DNA of 64,000 nucleotides, taken from positions 23,560,001-23,624,000 of the forward strand of contig NC_073394.1 in the NCBI RefSeq assembly GCF_028641065.1. The letters are read 5' to 3'. A program made the translations under genes and the position numbers. The notes beneath the pieces are model-generated. The model did no database searches. It was not told the origin of the DNA and was given only the letters and a program-made list of their open reading frames with translations. Numbering within the stretch: position 1 is the stretch's first letter; every line of letters starts with the position of its first letter. This DNA comes from Leucoraja erinacea. Lineage: Eukaryota. Below, one piece after another: positions 52,590-64,000 of the stretch.

Positions 52590-54150
52590 GAATTAATTTC
52601 CACACTCCATCCTATCCCCCCTGGTCCAATCCCTCCCTCCATACGTCTAAGACACCTCACACGCACTTTGTCTCTTCAATGACTTCCGTTTTCCAGGCCC
52701 CCACTCCCTCATCTTTACTATGGATGTCCAGTCACTCTACACCTCCGTCCCCCACCAGGAGGGTCTTAAAGCCTTCCGTTTCTTCCTCGACTGCAGAACC
52801 AGCCAATTTCCGTCCACCAATACTCTCCTCCACCTAGCAGAGCTGGTCTTTACCCTTAACAACTTCTCCTTCGACTCCTCCCACTTCCTCCAGATCCAAG
52901 ACATAGCAGTGGGCATTCACATGGGCCCTAGCTATGCCTGCCTCTTTGTAGGGTACGTTGAACAATCCCTGTTCCAGTCGTACACTGGCCCTATCCCAGA
53001 ACACTACCTCCGCTACTTGACGACTGCGTTGGTGCTACCTCCTGCACCCATGCAGAACTCACTGATTTCATCAACTTCACCACTAATTTCCATCCTTCAC
53101 TCAAATTCATGTGGACCATCTCCGACATCTCCCTACCGTTTCTAGATCTCATCGTCTCCATCACAGGAAACAGACTAATGACTGACATCTACTACAAACC
53201 TACTGACTCCCATAGCTTGATTACACTTCTTCCCACCCTTCTTCTCGTAAAGACTCTATTTCCTACTCCCAATTCCTCCGTCTACGCCGCATCTGCGCCC
53301 AGGACGAAGTTTTTCATACCAGGGCATTGGAGATGTCCTCATTCTTTAGGGAACGGGGGTTCCCCTCTTCCATTATGGATGAGGCTCTCACAAGGGTCTC
53401 CTCGATATTCAGCAGCTCCGCTCTCGCTCCCCCTCCCCCCTCTCGTAACAAGGACAGAGTCCCCCTTGTCCTCACCTTCCACCCCATCAGCTGTCGTATA
53501 CAACCTCCAACATTTTCGTCACCTCCAAAAGGATCCCAATACTGATCACATCTTCCCATCTCCACCCCTTTCTGCTTTCCTTAGACACCGTTCCCTCCGT
53601 AACTCCCTGGTCCACTCATTCCTTCCCACCCAAACCACCCCCTCCCCGGGTACTTTCCCCTGCAACTGCAGGAGATGCGACACCTGTCACTTTGATGATC
53701 ACCTCATCTCAGTCCGTCTTAACCAAGCTGATCTCCCGGTGGCCCAGCACTTCAACTCCCCTCCCATTCCCAATCTGACCTTTTTGTCCTGGGCCTCCTC
53801 CATTATCAGATTGAGGCCCAGCGCAAATTAGCGGAACAGCACTTCATATATCACTTGGGTAGTTTACACCCCATCAGTTTGAACATTGATTTCTCTAACT
53901 TCAGGTAGCCCTGGCTTTCTTTTAATCCCCCCCCCCCCCCCCTCTCTTCATCACTCCCCAGTTCTCCCACTAGTTCCACTGCCTCTGCCTACATTCTTTG
54001 TCCTACACCCCTCACCTGACATCAGTCTGAAGAAGGGTCTCGACCCAAAATGTCACCAACTCCTTTTCTGCATAGATGCTGCCTCACCCGCTGAGTTTCT
54101 CCATCATTTTGTGTCTACCTTTACCAGCATCTGCAGTTCTTTCTTAAACT
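52590..54150 (+). mobile_element. Penelope-like retroelement, 5'-truncated (RT plus partial GIY-YIG)
   Basis: MDVQSLYTSVPH...LAELVFTLNNFSFDSSHFLQ..MGPSYACLFVGYVEQ; TDIYYKPTDSH; PVAQHFNS; frameshifted; ends in the CTGAAGA terminal motif. Confidence 0.9.
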
Positions 54151-54734
54151 TAACCTCACTATTGCCTGTCTCAGCACTGCTGCCTCTATGTTTTTAGAAT
54201 CCGTATACAATATTCAGTTTTGGAATAAACAACGTTCTTGAGCCATAACTATTAATACTATATCCTCATCATAGATCACAGCAAACTCTTAAGGCATCAT
54301 CTCGAGCGGAACTAGACTTTTTAGTCTTTAAGAAGGAACAGAGGATGCTGGAAAATCGAAGGAAATAGGCAACATTTTGGGCCGAAAACCTTCTTCAGTC
54401 AGTTGTCCAACACTTTTGTCTACCTTAGACTCTTTAGTCTGCTGCCTGTATCCAGTCCAATCCCATATCTCACATGACTATATTCTTGCTGGCTTCTATT
54501 GTTCCCCAATTTACCAAGACTCCAAATTAAAAGTTTTGTTCTTTAAATTATATATCCTCAAGGACTGCTCCATCATTCTCTGCCAGCACAACAAATCTAA
54601 TCCTTTCCCCACCGTCATCAGAGTGCCAAATGAAGAATAAATTGTCACGGTCTTGAACCAAAACCTCATCTGTCCGGCAGTACCTCCCCAGATGCTGATC
54701 CAGCACTTTGTGTTTTGCTCAAGATTCCAACATC

Positions 54735-55965
54735 TGTGCGGCCCTACACTATGCCCTGACCCACCTGGACTACAACAACTCCTACATCAGGCTGCTGTTC
54801 ATTGATTTCAGCTCTGCCTTTAACACCGTCATCCCAGCCAGCTTGATCACCAAACTCAGTGGACTTGGCATCTCCACCTCCCTCTGCAACTGGACATTGG
54901 ACTTCCTCACTAACAGACCACAGTCTGTTAGGGTCAATAACCTCACCTCCTCCACTATAACACTGAACACCGGAGTGCCACAGGGCTGTGTGCTCAGCCC
55001 TCTCCTCTACTCCCTCTTCACCCACGACTGCATCCCAAAGTACGGATCCAACGCCATTATTAAGTTTGCTGACGATACCACGGTAGTAGGACTGATCAGC
55101 GACAACGATGAGTCAGCCTACAGGGATGAGATCCAGCACCTGACCACCTGGTGTGCCGACAATAACCTCATCCTCAACTCCAAAAAGACGAAGGAGATCA
55201 TTGTCGACTTCAGGCAGACCAGAGGAGGCAGTCATACCCCCATCCATATCAACGGGACTGAGGTGGAGCGCGTCTCCAGCTATAAATTCCTCGGAGTGCA
55301 TATCTCGGAGGACTTGTCCTGGTCCCTCAACACCTCCAAGCTGATCAAAAAGGCACAGCAGCGCCTTTACTTCCTTAGGAGGCTCAAGAAAGCCCACCTG
55401 TCCCCCCAGATCCTGACCAACTTTTACCGCTGTACCATAGAGAGTATCCTGACCACCTGCTTCATGGTATGGTACAGCAGCTGCACTGCTGCGGACAGGA
55501 AAGCACTACAACGGGGGGGTGAAAACCGCGCAGCACATCATCGGTGCCCCGCTCCCTGCCATGGATGCCCTCCACCGAAAACGGTGTCTGAGACGGGCTG
55601 GGAAGATCATCAAAGACCCCTCACACCCCAACCATGGACTGTTTGCCCTCCTCCCATCAGGGAGGCGGTACAGGAGCCTCAGGTCACGTACCAGCAGGAT
55701 GAGGAAAAGCTTCTATAACAACACAATCACACTGCTGAACTCGGAGTCCCGACGATAGACTTCTCTGGTCCCTCCGTCCCCCTGTGTTTAATCATTCTGT
55801 ATTTCCTGATTATTCTGTATCTTCTCTCTTTCTATTTTTTTTTCTTGTTTTTTCTCTTTATGTACAACTACTACGGACTGACGCAAAACTGCATTTCGTT
55901 GTACTGATACTTGTATTTTGTGCGATGACATTAAAGTTGAATTGAATTGAATTGAATTGAATTGA
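54735..55965 (+). mobile_element. Rex1/Babar-clade LINE, 5'-truncated, young
   Basis: RT motifs [27 protein letters not shown] and KFADD; one frameshift in the G-run at about 55513; (TTGAA)n tail. Confidence 0.92.
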
Positions 55966-56226
55966 AAAGAACTCAGTGGGTCAACCAGCCCTCTGAGTTC
56001 TTCCAGCAGTTTATATTTTGCTCCAATTTCCTGCATCTGCAGTCTCTTGTGCCTCCAAATTTCTGTAGAATTTCCATGATGCTTTCAGTCAGATGTAACA
56101 CTATGATGGGCCTAATTGAAAAATTTGCAAATGTTGTTGCTCAGCTGTACCAACATTTACGAGGGAGATGTAACAGTGTAATTTAATATACAGAAGTCAG
56201 CTGACTCTCCATCTTGTTTTCTGTAG

Positions 56227-56444
56227 GTTTGGTACTTGAACAGAGAAAGGGTTTCAAGGGCCATATTTGGCGCTTACTCTCTCCGATCATATCGTGGTGA
56301 TACCTCTGATGATATGACAGATATCAAACAGATACCACTGCCTCCATGGGAAGAGCGAACCAATGAACCACTGGACACGAAGCGAGCACGTCTGCTGTAT
56401 GAGAGCCGTAAACGTGGAATGTTAGAGAATTGCATCTTGCTGAG
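56227..56444 (+). CDS. sdhaf2: SDHAF2 coding exon 2
   Basis: ttttctgtag|[25 protein letters not shown]...[37 protein letters not shown]|gtaaat; contains the Sdh5/SdhE RGxxE motif. Confidence 0.96.
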
Positions 56445-58083
56445 GTAAATAATATCTTACTGAACTTGAAGATGGATTCACACTTTTCGCTTACAATTTG
56501 TTACGGTATGCTTCTTTTCCGGGTGCCACTCTGTCTTTAATAGATTAATTGAAAGATACTGCATGGAAATAGGGCCTTCGGCCTACTATGCCGACCTGTT
56601 CACACTAGTTCTATGTTATCCCACTTTCGTATCCAGTCCCAACACTCCAAGGACAATTTACAATTTAATTGAGAAGTCAATTAAAGGAATTTAAAGATGA
56701 GTTAACACCTATTATACTCCGTACATTAAACTGGGTTTAAAAAAAGGCACAAACACCACTGAGTTGGGGGGGGGGGGGGGCAATTATCTCTGCTATTCCA
56801 AAAGAAGGTAAAGATAAAGTGGATGATGTATACATGATGTAAGTGGATGATGTATACATGTAGCATTATACCTGAAACCCGTTTTATGGAAATGTGTTTG
56901 CAGTGGAATGCCAATAAAAGAGTATATTTGAAAAAAAAGGTCAATTACTACAAATCTGCAAGTCTTTTAGATGTGGGAGGAAAACGGATCACCCGGAGTA
57001 AACCCACGTGTGGGAGAATGTGTACACTCCATGCATGCAGCATCCAAGGTTAGGATTGAACCAAGATCTCTGCACTGTGAGGCAACAACTTTACCGGCTG
57101 CACCACTGTGCCATCCTGTTAGGCATTACAGTAAAACTCTGATTATGTGGCACGTTCAGAACTTTGGTGGAACTGGATTAGCAGGTTTTCTTGAACTAGT
57201 GGATGTCATTCAGTTTAATACTTAAATTATCTTTTAATTCATTTTTAGATGTTTCACAGTATGATAGTTTTCTAGTGTATCAGTTGTGTGGCATGGGAAG
57301 GCTAGAACTGTGGCCTCAGTGTGAAAGGAAAGCATGGGACGATATGCTAGTGAGTGGAAAGGGGGTGCAGCAAACAATATTTGGTGAGCCAGACGGGAAC
57401 CATTGGAATTTCTCGGGAGCCATATAATGGATAATCAGAGTGCTACTGAATTATACGTCTTGTTCTGACCAGATAATTATTTGAGGGGCAGTTTAATTTT
57501 ATATTTCATCTCGTCTGCAAATGTTATAGTGGTTCTGCTGCCTTAAGTATTTCTACCCCACTAACAAAGAGCAGACTTGTAATACAAATTTAGAACAGGC
57601 AGCATCACTGTGGAGCAGAGTAATTCCTGGGTTAATTCATCATGTGAATTAGATCACTACTGAAATAGAGCTAATCTGTACCATTGAAGCATTGATGTCA
57701 TTAAGATGTATAATTCTACAGAAATTGGTATGAACAATTTAAAAATACGTTTACCCAAGAATTCATAACAATTCAAAATAAATTAATGCTCAACATAAAA
57801 TAGTTTTGCGTTACCTTTAACAAAGATTAATGAAATTAAAAGTGATTCCAAGCAATCCAAGGAAGGGGAGGGAGTTTGGGTAGTTACCTAATATTCATAC
57901 AATTTTTATGCCTGTTACTTTTTATAAAGAAAGGCGTCAGTCTGATTAGCATTAGAAAAAATGGCATATTTCAAAAATGTGCACTATTCAGTTGCTAATA
58001 ATCTTGTCCAGGGTTAAAATATTGTGTCACAGCCCAACACCAGCGGTTAATTTGTAGAATGAAATTATATATTTCAATTTCAG

Positions 58084-58193
58084 TTTCTTTGCAAAAAAGT
58101 ATCTGAATGAAATGACTGAGAAGCAGCTGAGTTTGTACGATAAACTGATCAATCAACCAACCAACGACTGGGACATTTACTACTGGATGACAG
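58084..58193 (+). CDS. sdhaf2: SDHAF2 coding exon 3
   Basis: tttcag|(S)[36 protein letters not shown]|gtttgt; 110 nt. Confidence 0.96.
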
Positions 58194-59052
58194 GTTTGTA
58201 TAGTTACAACTGTTCACTGGCATCACTGAGCTTCCATCTTGATTCAAAGTTAATTGTGGAGTGACTTTATTCCTTTAACAATTAATTTTCCATGTAAACC
58301 TGCAAATATCATGGGAGTTCTATGAAAAGTCAGGTCTATGATCGACTAACAATTAATACAGATAGGGTCAGTGCGGCTAACCATTGTTACATGGACCTAA
58401 ATGCTATCCTAAACAACAGCCAAGTTGAGGTGGACAAGACAGGGAGATAATCACTTCACTAACCCTGGACTGTTTTTTTGCTGGAATGGATGGACCCAGG
58501 ATCAAGTGGACCTCCCTCAATCTCTCCATTTATCTGAAGTCAGAGAAATGAGGAGGGCTGATGATTTTGGGTGGGGGAATGACTTTTGATGAATAGATCA
58601 TTGGTGTCACTGGTTATGTGAATGCTGGAGCCCTAAAGGAAGAGGTATCACAGATGGGGCATTAACAAATAGACCAGACTGTAATTAATTATCCCCAGTG
58701 ATGGTTAAATACCCATGCAAAATGAGCATAGATAAGGACCATTAATGTTGAGCCAAGAAACTGTACCAAACAATATCTTCCATCACTAAATAACAAGCAA
58801 CAGTAAATTATTCAGACTGATGGGAGTTGTATCCTGAAAGTCAGAGTATTCAAAAAATGGAGTAATTATATCTGAACCATGATTTTCATCATCCAAGCTA
58901 ATTTTCTTTCCAGAATATGGCTAATGGGAAATAACTCTGCTTTTTGCGATTTGAAGAGGGTATTGGGCTTGAATTGTATTCATACTGAAATTTGGTCATT
59001 TCATGGTTTAGTTGATTTTTATGTCCTTTTTTTCCCATTTTCATCCAAACAG

Positions 59053-59183
59053 AAACAAAGCCTACTCCTCCTGAATTTGATACTGAGATAATGACTTTGC
59101 TGAAGGAATTTACCAAAAATCGTAACATGGAGCATAGAGTCGGGCAGCCGGCACTCGACTACCTCTTTGAAGACAAAAAGTAA
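59053..59183 (+). CDS. sdhaf2: SDHAF2 coding exon 4
   Basis: aaacag|(E)TKPTPPEFDTEIMTLLKEFTKNRNMEHRVGQPALDYLFEDKK-TAA; total CDS 477 nt; candidate AATAAA near 59498. Confidence 0.95.
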
Positions 59184-59759
59184 AATGGATTTATTGTATG
59201 TTGCTCATACATTAACTGTGGATATTCAATTTTACTTTGGAAATGCTAATATGTTTAGCAGCATACAGAACTTCATATAGTCAAATGTTACTTTGTGTTG
59301 GCATTTATAAAATTGTTTTTTTAAGGTGCCTGAATCGCAATATATTTATAAATATTCGAAAACTGAGCAACTGAAATCATCCCCATTGAAGTGAGTCCTT
59401 GCTGATCCTGTGTTAAGAATTAACCTTCATAAATACCATTGAACTGGATATTTTTTTGTGTTTTGCAACAAAAAAAAAAACTGAAGCAAGTCTTGAAAAT
59501 AAATATGACTATTTTCTGAAAATCTATTTCATTGAAAATTGTTAATTAATGAATAGTTTGTGTATCATGTGGCTAATGTGCTACAAGTTACACCTAGTCA
59601 GTTCTCCTGAATTAGCGAAACCTAATAGGAGAATAAGATTGGAATTAGAAAGCCTCCAAACTATTTCTTCTCCCAGCGCACATAAAAAAATTATGAGGGT
59701 GTGTGAAAACAATATCATGGTTAGATCTTTTGCACTCACCATTACTAAAATTTAGGGAG

Positions 59760-61021
59760 TGTAGAGGATGGCGAGGATTATAAGGATTTGTTCATGATAC
59801 ATGAGGCCACGTTTTTCAATAGAACTAGATAATTGCAAGAGATTGAGGAAAATAAAGTACTTATCATGAAAGTCTACACTGTCTTCTGGCATTGGGCAGT
59901 CTTTTATTAAGTTTAGAATAACAGTATCGCTAATGGAACATTATTTAACGCTTTAAAATGCTCCCATCCCTACAAGGTTGAATTGAATTGAATTGAATTG
60001 AATTTCCTTTATTGTCATTCAGACCTTTCAGTCTGAACGAAATTTCGTGCCTGCAGTCATACATACAATAATAGACAACAGAACAGACAGTAAACACAAA
60101 TTAACATCCACCACAGTGAGTCCACCAAGCACCTCCTCACTGTGATGGAGGCAAAAATCGTAGGGCTGCAGTCTCTTCCCTCCTCTTCTCCCTCTGCGCT
60201 GAGGCGATACCCCACCGGGCGATGGTAAATCAGTCCCGCGGCTCACCGAGCTCCACGAACGGGCCGGTTCAAACACTGCGGCCCGGGGTGGTCGAAGCTG
60301 CCGCCCTCCAGACCAGCGGACGCAGCTGTTGACGACATGATAACAAATAAAGAAAAATATGACACGGTTCCTGTTATGCAACTTAACAACGATGGCGATG
60401 TAATTTATCAGAACACTAACTTCCAGAGTTTGCATGGGCATAGTTTCACGACTTCTGACTGACGAGTCTCCATCTCCCGAGTTTGCATGGGCGGAAATCC
60501 TCTTTGTCCATCTCGTTAGCTTAATGTACTCTTGACTCTGGGTGGGTATGATGTTACCTAAGAAATTCCTTGACGAAAACAAGTTAGCAGCTTATTCTCC
60601 CACTAAGGGGAGGTTGTGACGGCATTCTAGGTCACGACCCATGACCCGTACTATTGCCACGCCACGCCTTCTGGCCGGACTCCAAGCTGACTAGTTTCAC
60701 ACTCGTGGACCCCGGGTCGTTTGTCCCTGCAGCCGGCGGGGGGGGGGGGACGGTCGGGGTGCCAGTGCAGTGCGGTCAGTGACTCTGGGTGGGCGGAGGG
60801 ATCATACTGTCCACAACTCTTGCTTCAGCTGACGGGGACGTTGCCGGGTTTTCGTCCCCGGGTGTCCATTGCCCGGAGCCGCGGCCCCGCTCCACCCGGC
60901 CCCATGTGTGGGCGCTGCCGACTAACGGTCCTTACTCGTGTATGCGGGAGGCTGCCATGTCCTCCAGAAGGATTGAGCTGCTCAGTGCATCACGCCCTTT
61001 GACCCAATGACCTTACGTACA
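59760..61021 (-). mobile_element. Putative 3' LTR of the ERV, interrupted by a retroposon at about 59980-60330
   Basis: PPT-like AGCGGGGG(T) then TGTA at 61021; ends ...CTACA at 59760; AATAAA near 59905; 14-bp direct repeats inside. Boundaries uncertain. Confidence 0.5.
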
Positions 61022-61029
61022 ACCCCCGC

Positions 61030-64000
61030 TATACTCTTACAATGGTGAAGATGGACCCACGCATTCTTTCCTACTTTCAAACGCTGTTTGAGTCATCAGG
61101 AGAACCTGGTAAGGTCCCTCCCACCAAACCTCTCCCTACCCAATTCATCACTAGTACATAATCACCAGGCTTGACTTTAATGGAAGAAACCAAAAGAGGT
61201 AATATACTATATGCTGCTCGCACCCTAGAATGCAAATCCCTTAGTGCCCGAGTCAAGGCCAGAACGTAATCGGTCATCTCCGTAGTCATGTGATGGAAGC
61301 TTACGACTTTTATGTTCTTTTGGTTCCAAGAAGCCGAATTGGGATACCGAATCTAGGGATAATTTCTCGCATAAGTACCTTGACAACAGTAGCCGCTTTG
61401 TTATCAAGTGTTGGATAGGCCTCGATCCATCTGCAGAATACATCGACAATCACAAGTACATATCTATATCCTTGGCATTTCTCTAGCTCGATATAGTCCA
61501 TCAGAAGAGTTTCAAAAGGACCCATGGGCAAAGGTGTTTTCCCATCTTCATAACCTACTCTTTTCCCAGGATTATACATCTGACAAATAATACAACAGCT
61601 ACTCAGTTTCTAGGCCAAAATTAGTTATCTTGGATGCCACCAAGTAGCCGAAAGAGCATCACCAATTGCTCTCACACCACAGTGAGTCGCAAAATGCATA
61701 CACTCCACAACCCAAACTGCAAGAGGATCTGTCATACAAGTCTGCCCTGCCGGAGTAACCCACAATCCCGACATGCAATCTATTGTACATCCAAGCTGTT
61801 TCCATAATCTTATATCCCCTTCAGAAGCTTCTTCCTGCAACTGAATAATTTCCTGGATTGTTGGCATTGGCTTTTCCGAGGGAGACGTTACCCAAACTTT
61901 TTATCTGCCTCTTCATTCTTGGCACCACCGCTTTGCGTTCCCAGAATACTTCCTTTGCTGCTTGATCAGCAAAACGATTACCTATGTCTATCAGGGTCTG
62001 TCCTTTGTGTGGGAGCCACACTTCATCACTGAAATTTCCCTAGGTATCACCAATTGCTTATGAGATATTTGAGTTCCTTCCGAGGTTAGGAATCCTCTAC
62101 TCCTCCATAGTTGTCCAAAGTCATGTATTACTCTGAATGCATATCTAGAATCTGTATATATGTTCACCCTTAAATCTTTCCCAACAGTATATATACAGCT
62201 CAGCCTGTTGAGCTGAATAGGGTGATTCAAAAGCAGCTGTCTCTACACTGTTCTCATCCTGGTCTACAATAGCGTACCCAGAAAGTCTCTCTCCCTGGGG
62301 CCCAATGGATGCATGTCCGTCTACGTATAGTGTCATGTCAGAGTCTTCTATTGGAGCGTCTCTTAGTTCCTCCCTTACAGATGTTTCCTGCATTATGAAC
62401 AAACAGTCATGTCCTGCTTCCGACTGGTCCTCTGGACGTGAAATGAGGAAAGATGCCAGATTAATAGAAGTACAGTGTCTAAATTCGAGTTTTGGATTGT
62501 TCAATAGATACATTTCGTAGTTATTTTGACGAGCCATTGTAAGATGCTGAGTTTGCAGTTGTCCCAACAAATCTGCCACCGAATGGGAACTGTACACTAC
62601 TATTTCCTGCTGTAAGGTCAAGTTTGAAGCAGACTGTAGACTATTACAGATTTCTGTTCGGGTCTGGGTGCATAGTGGGTGTCCCCTTGCTACTGGGTCG
62701 AACTTTGATGAAGCCACTGGTCTGTGCTTATCCCTGTGTTTTTGGGTGAGGGCTGCAGTCGAGCAGTCAGAAATGATGGTAAAGTAAAGTTGGAAGGGTC
62801 TATCGTAGAGTGGCCTTCCTTGTGCTGGGGCCTGCATTAAAGATCTCTTCAAATTCTCGAAAGCTTTCTGAACATCTTCGGACAACTGAAATTCGCCCTC
62901 TAGGCTAGTCAATTCCTTGGTGTCTAGTGCAATATTAGGGATCCAGGGTCAGCAGTAGTTCACCATACCGAGCCACTGTCTCATTTGCTTAGCCTCCTTT
63001 GGGACAGGAAATTCGCAAATTGGTTCAAGTCTGCTGTTCTCTAAACTTCTCTCTGTAGCTGAAATTATTACTCCCAAGAACTTAACTTTTTGTTGAGCCA
63101 TCAATACTATGGACTGAGAGACCACATATCCTAAATTTGCCAGATGATTCAATAATTGAGCAGTGTCCTCACGATTGCTCTGCTCATCTAAACTAGCCAC
63201 TAACGTCTACATACTGCACTAAAGTGGATTTCCTTTTAAAACTTAAAGTGCTTAACTGTTCTTGAAGACATTGAGAAAACAAGGTGGCCGAATTAATAAA
63301 TCCCTGAGGTAGTTTTGGCCACGTATATTGTTGTCCCCTGTAAGTAAAGGCAAATAAATACTGGCTGTTCTTGTGCAGAGGTAATGAGAAGAATGCATGT
63401 TGCAGGTCAACAATTGAAAAATGTAGACCGCTGGAATTAAATCTAGAATATGAGCCGGGTTTGGCACCAAGGCATGGAGTGGTTCTACCACTGCATTGAC
63501 AGATCTTAAGTCCTGGACCAGCCTGTACTGGCCCTCTTTCCCTGCCTTGGGCACTGCAAGGATTGGTGTGTTCCAAATAGACTGACACTTCACTAAGACG
63601 TCTTGTTCCAGCAATCCCCGAATCAGCTTGACTATACAGGTACTAGGAATTGCCTGTTGTTTCAACGGGTGCTGATGTATCGATGACAGTGTCACCCCTT
63701 TCTGGAGAGCTACCCGGATGGGATCAATGCAAACACATCCTACCTGAGTTGCGTCTTCTGCCCACACTTGCGGGTCCACATACTCACATACCTCACTCCC
63801 CAGATGCTGGCGTAGCTGGGCAACAACTGTCCTCGGGGTCTGATAAAACTTAACAATACATTGATTAGACAAGTTTTGTTCTTCATATACATTCGGATCT
63901 GCCAGATCAATTGCTTTCTTTACCATTGCACCCAAGTCTTTTTCACTTGCTGGAAAATTCACCTTCCCCGTGATGTGGGGAGCAACCTCTACCAGACAGA
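61030..64000 (-). mobile_element. Decayed class I (epsilon/gamma-like) endogenous retrovirus pol
   Basis: RT (WNTPILAV, YRLVQDLR, WPKLPQGF, QYVD), RNase H (YVDG, SAQQAEL, NIYTDSRYAF) and integrase (H..H, MDYIEL, VDVFCRWIEAYPT, WVHLHHCK) motifs; many stops and frameshifts; continues beyond the window. Confidence 0.93.

Noticed and set aside
6100-54400. Recurrent motif GATGCTGCCTGACCCGCTGAGTTACTCCAGCA as a possible CRISPR-like or regulatory array
   Set aside because: Copies are dispersed in both orientations with no regular spacers, and they attach to Penelope-like coding remnants in a eukaryotic genome.
60028-60582. 184-aa ORF as a retroviral env or accessory gene
   Set aside because: No signal peptide, furin site or TM pattern, and about half of it runs through an inserted retroposon.
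60601-60625. Plus-strand AAGGGGAGGT-TGTGAC as a PPT plus LTR start
   Set aside because: Wrong strand relative to pol, and there is no plus-strand retroviral coding sequence upstream. It remains an alternative LTR end for the minus-strand element.

Overview
This is vertebrate genomic DNA. The repeat families (CR1, Rex/Babar, Penelope-like, V-SINE-like) suggest a cartilaginous fish, probably a skate or ray (inference). Two intact spliced genes lie head-to-head around a CpG-rich bidirectional promoter at about 51.2-51.9 kb. cpsf7 (CFIm59, cleavage factor Im subunit) is on the minus strand, with 8 coding exons from 51507 down to 5842 (about 502-503 aa) and a 3'UTR intron. sdhaf2 (SDH assembly factor 2) is on the plus strand, with 4 coding exons from 51845 to 59183 (158 aa). 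The introns are packed with mobile DNA: a full-length decayed Tc1, hAT and Harbinger MITEs with perfect target-site duplications, two non-autonomous Helitrons, CR1, Rex and Penelope fragments. A decayed class I (epsilon-like) endogenous retrovirus fills the right end. Most ORFs in the supplied track are spurious. Best leads: an orphan TDP2 exon-1-like fragment apparently captured by a DNA element inside a cpsf7 intron; at least a dozen hammerhead-ribozyme-like cores at Penelope termini; candidate NMD and alternative-polyadenylation autoregulatory elements in cpsf7; a 33-bp micro-MITE; and an apparently env-less ERV. I see no clear evidence of a wholly new multi-gene system.
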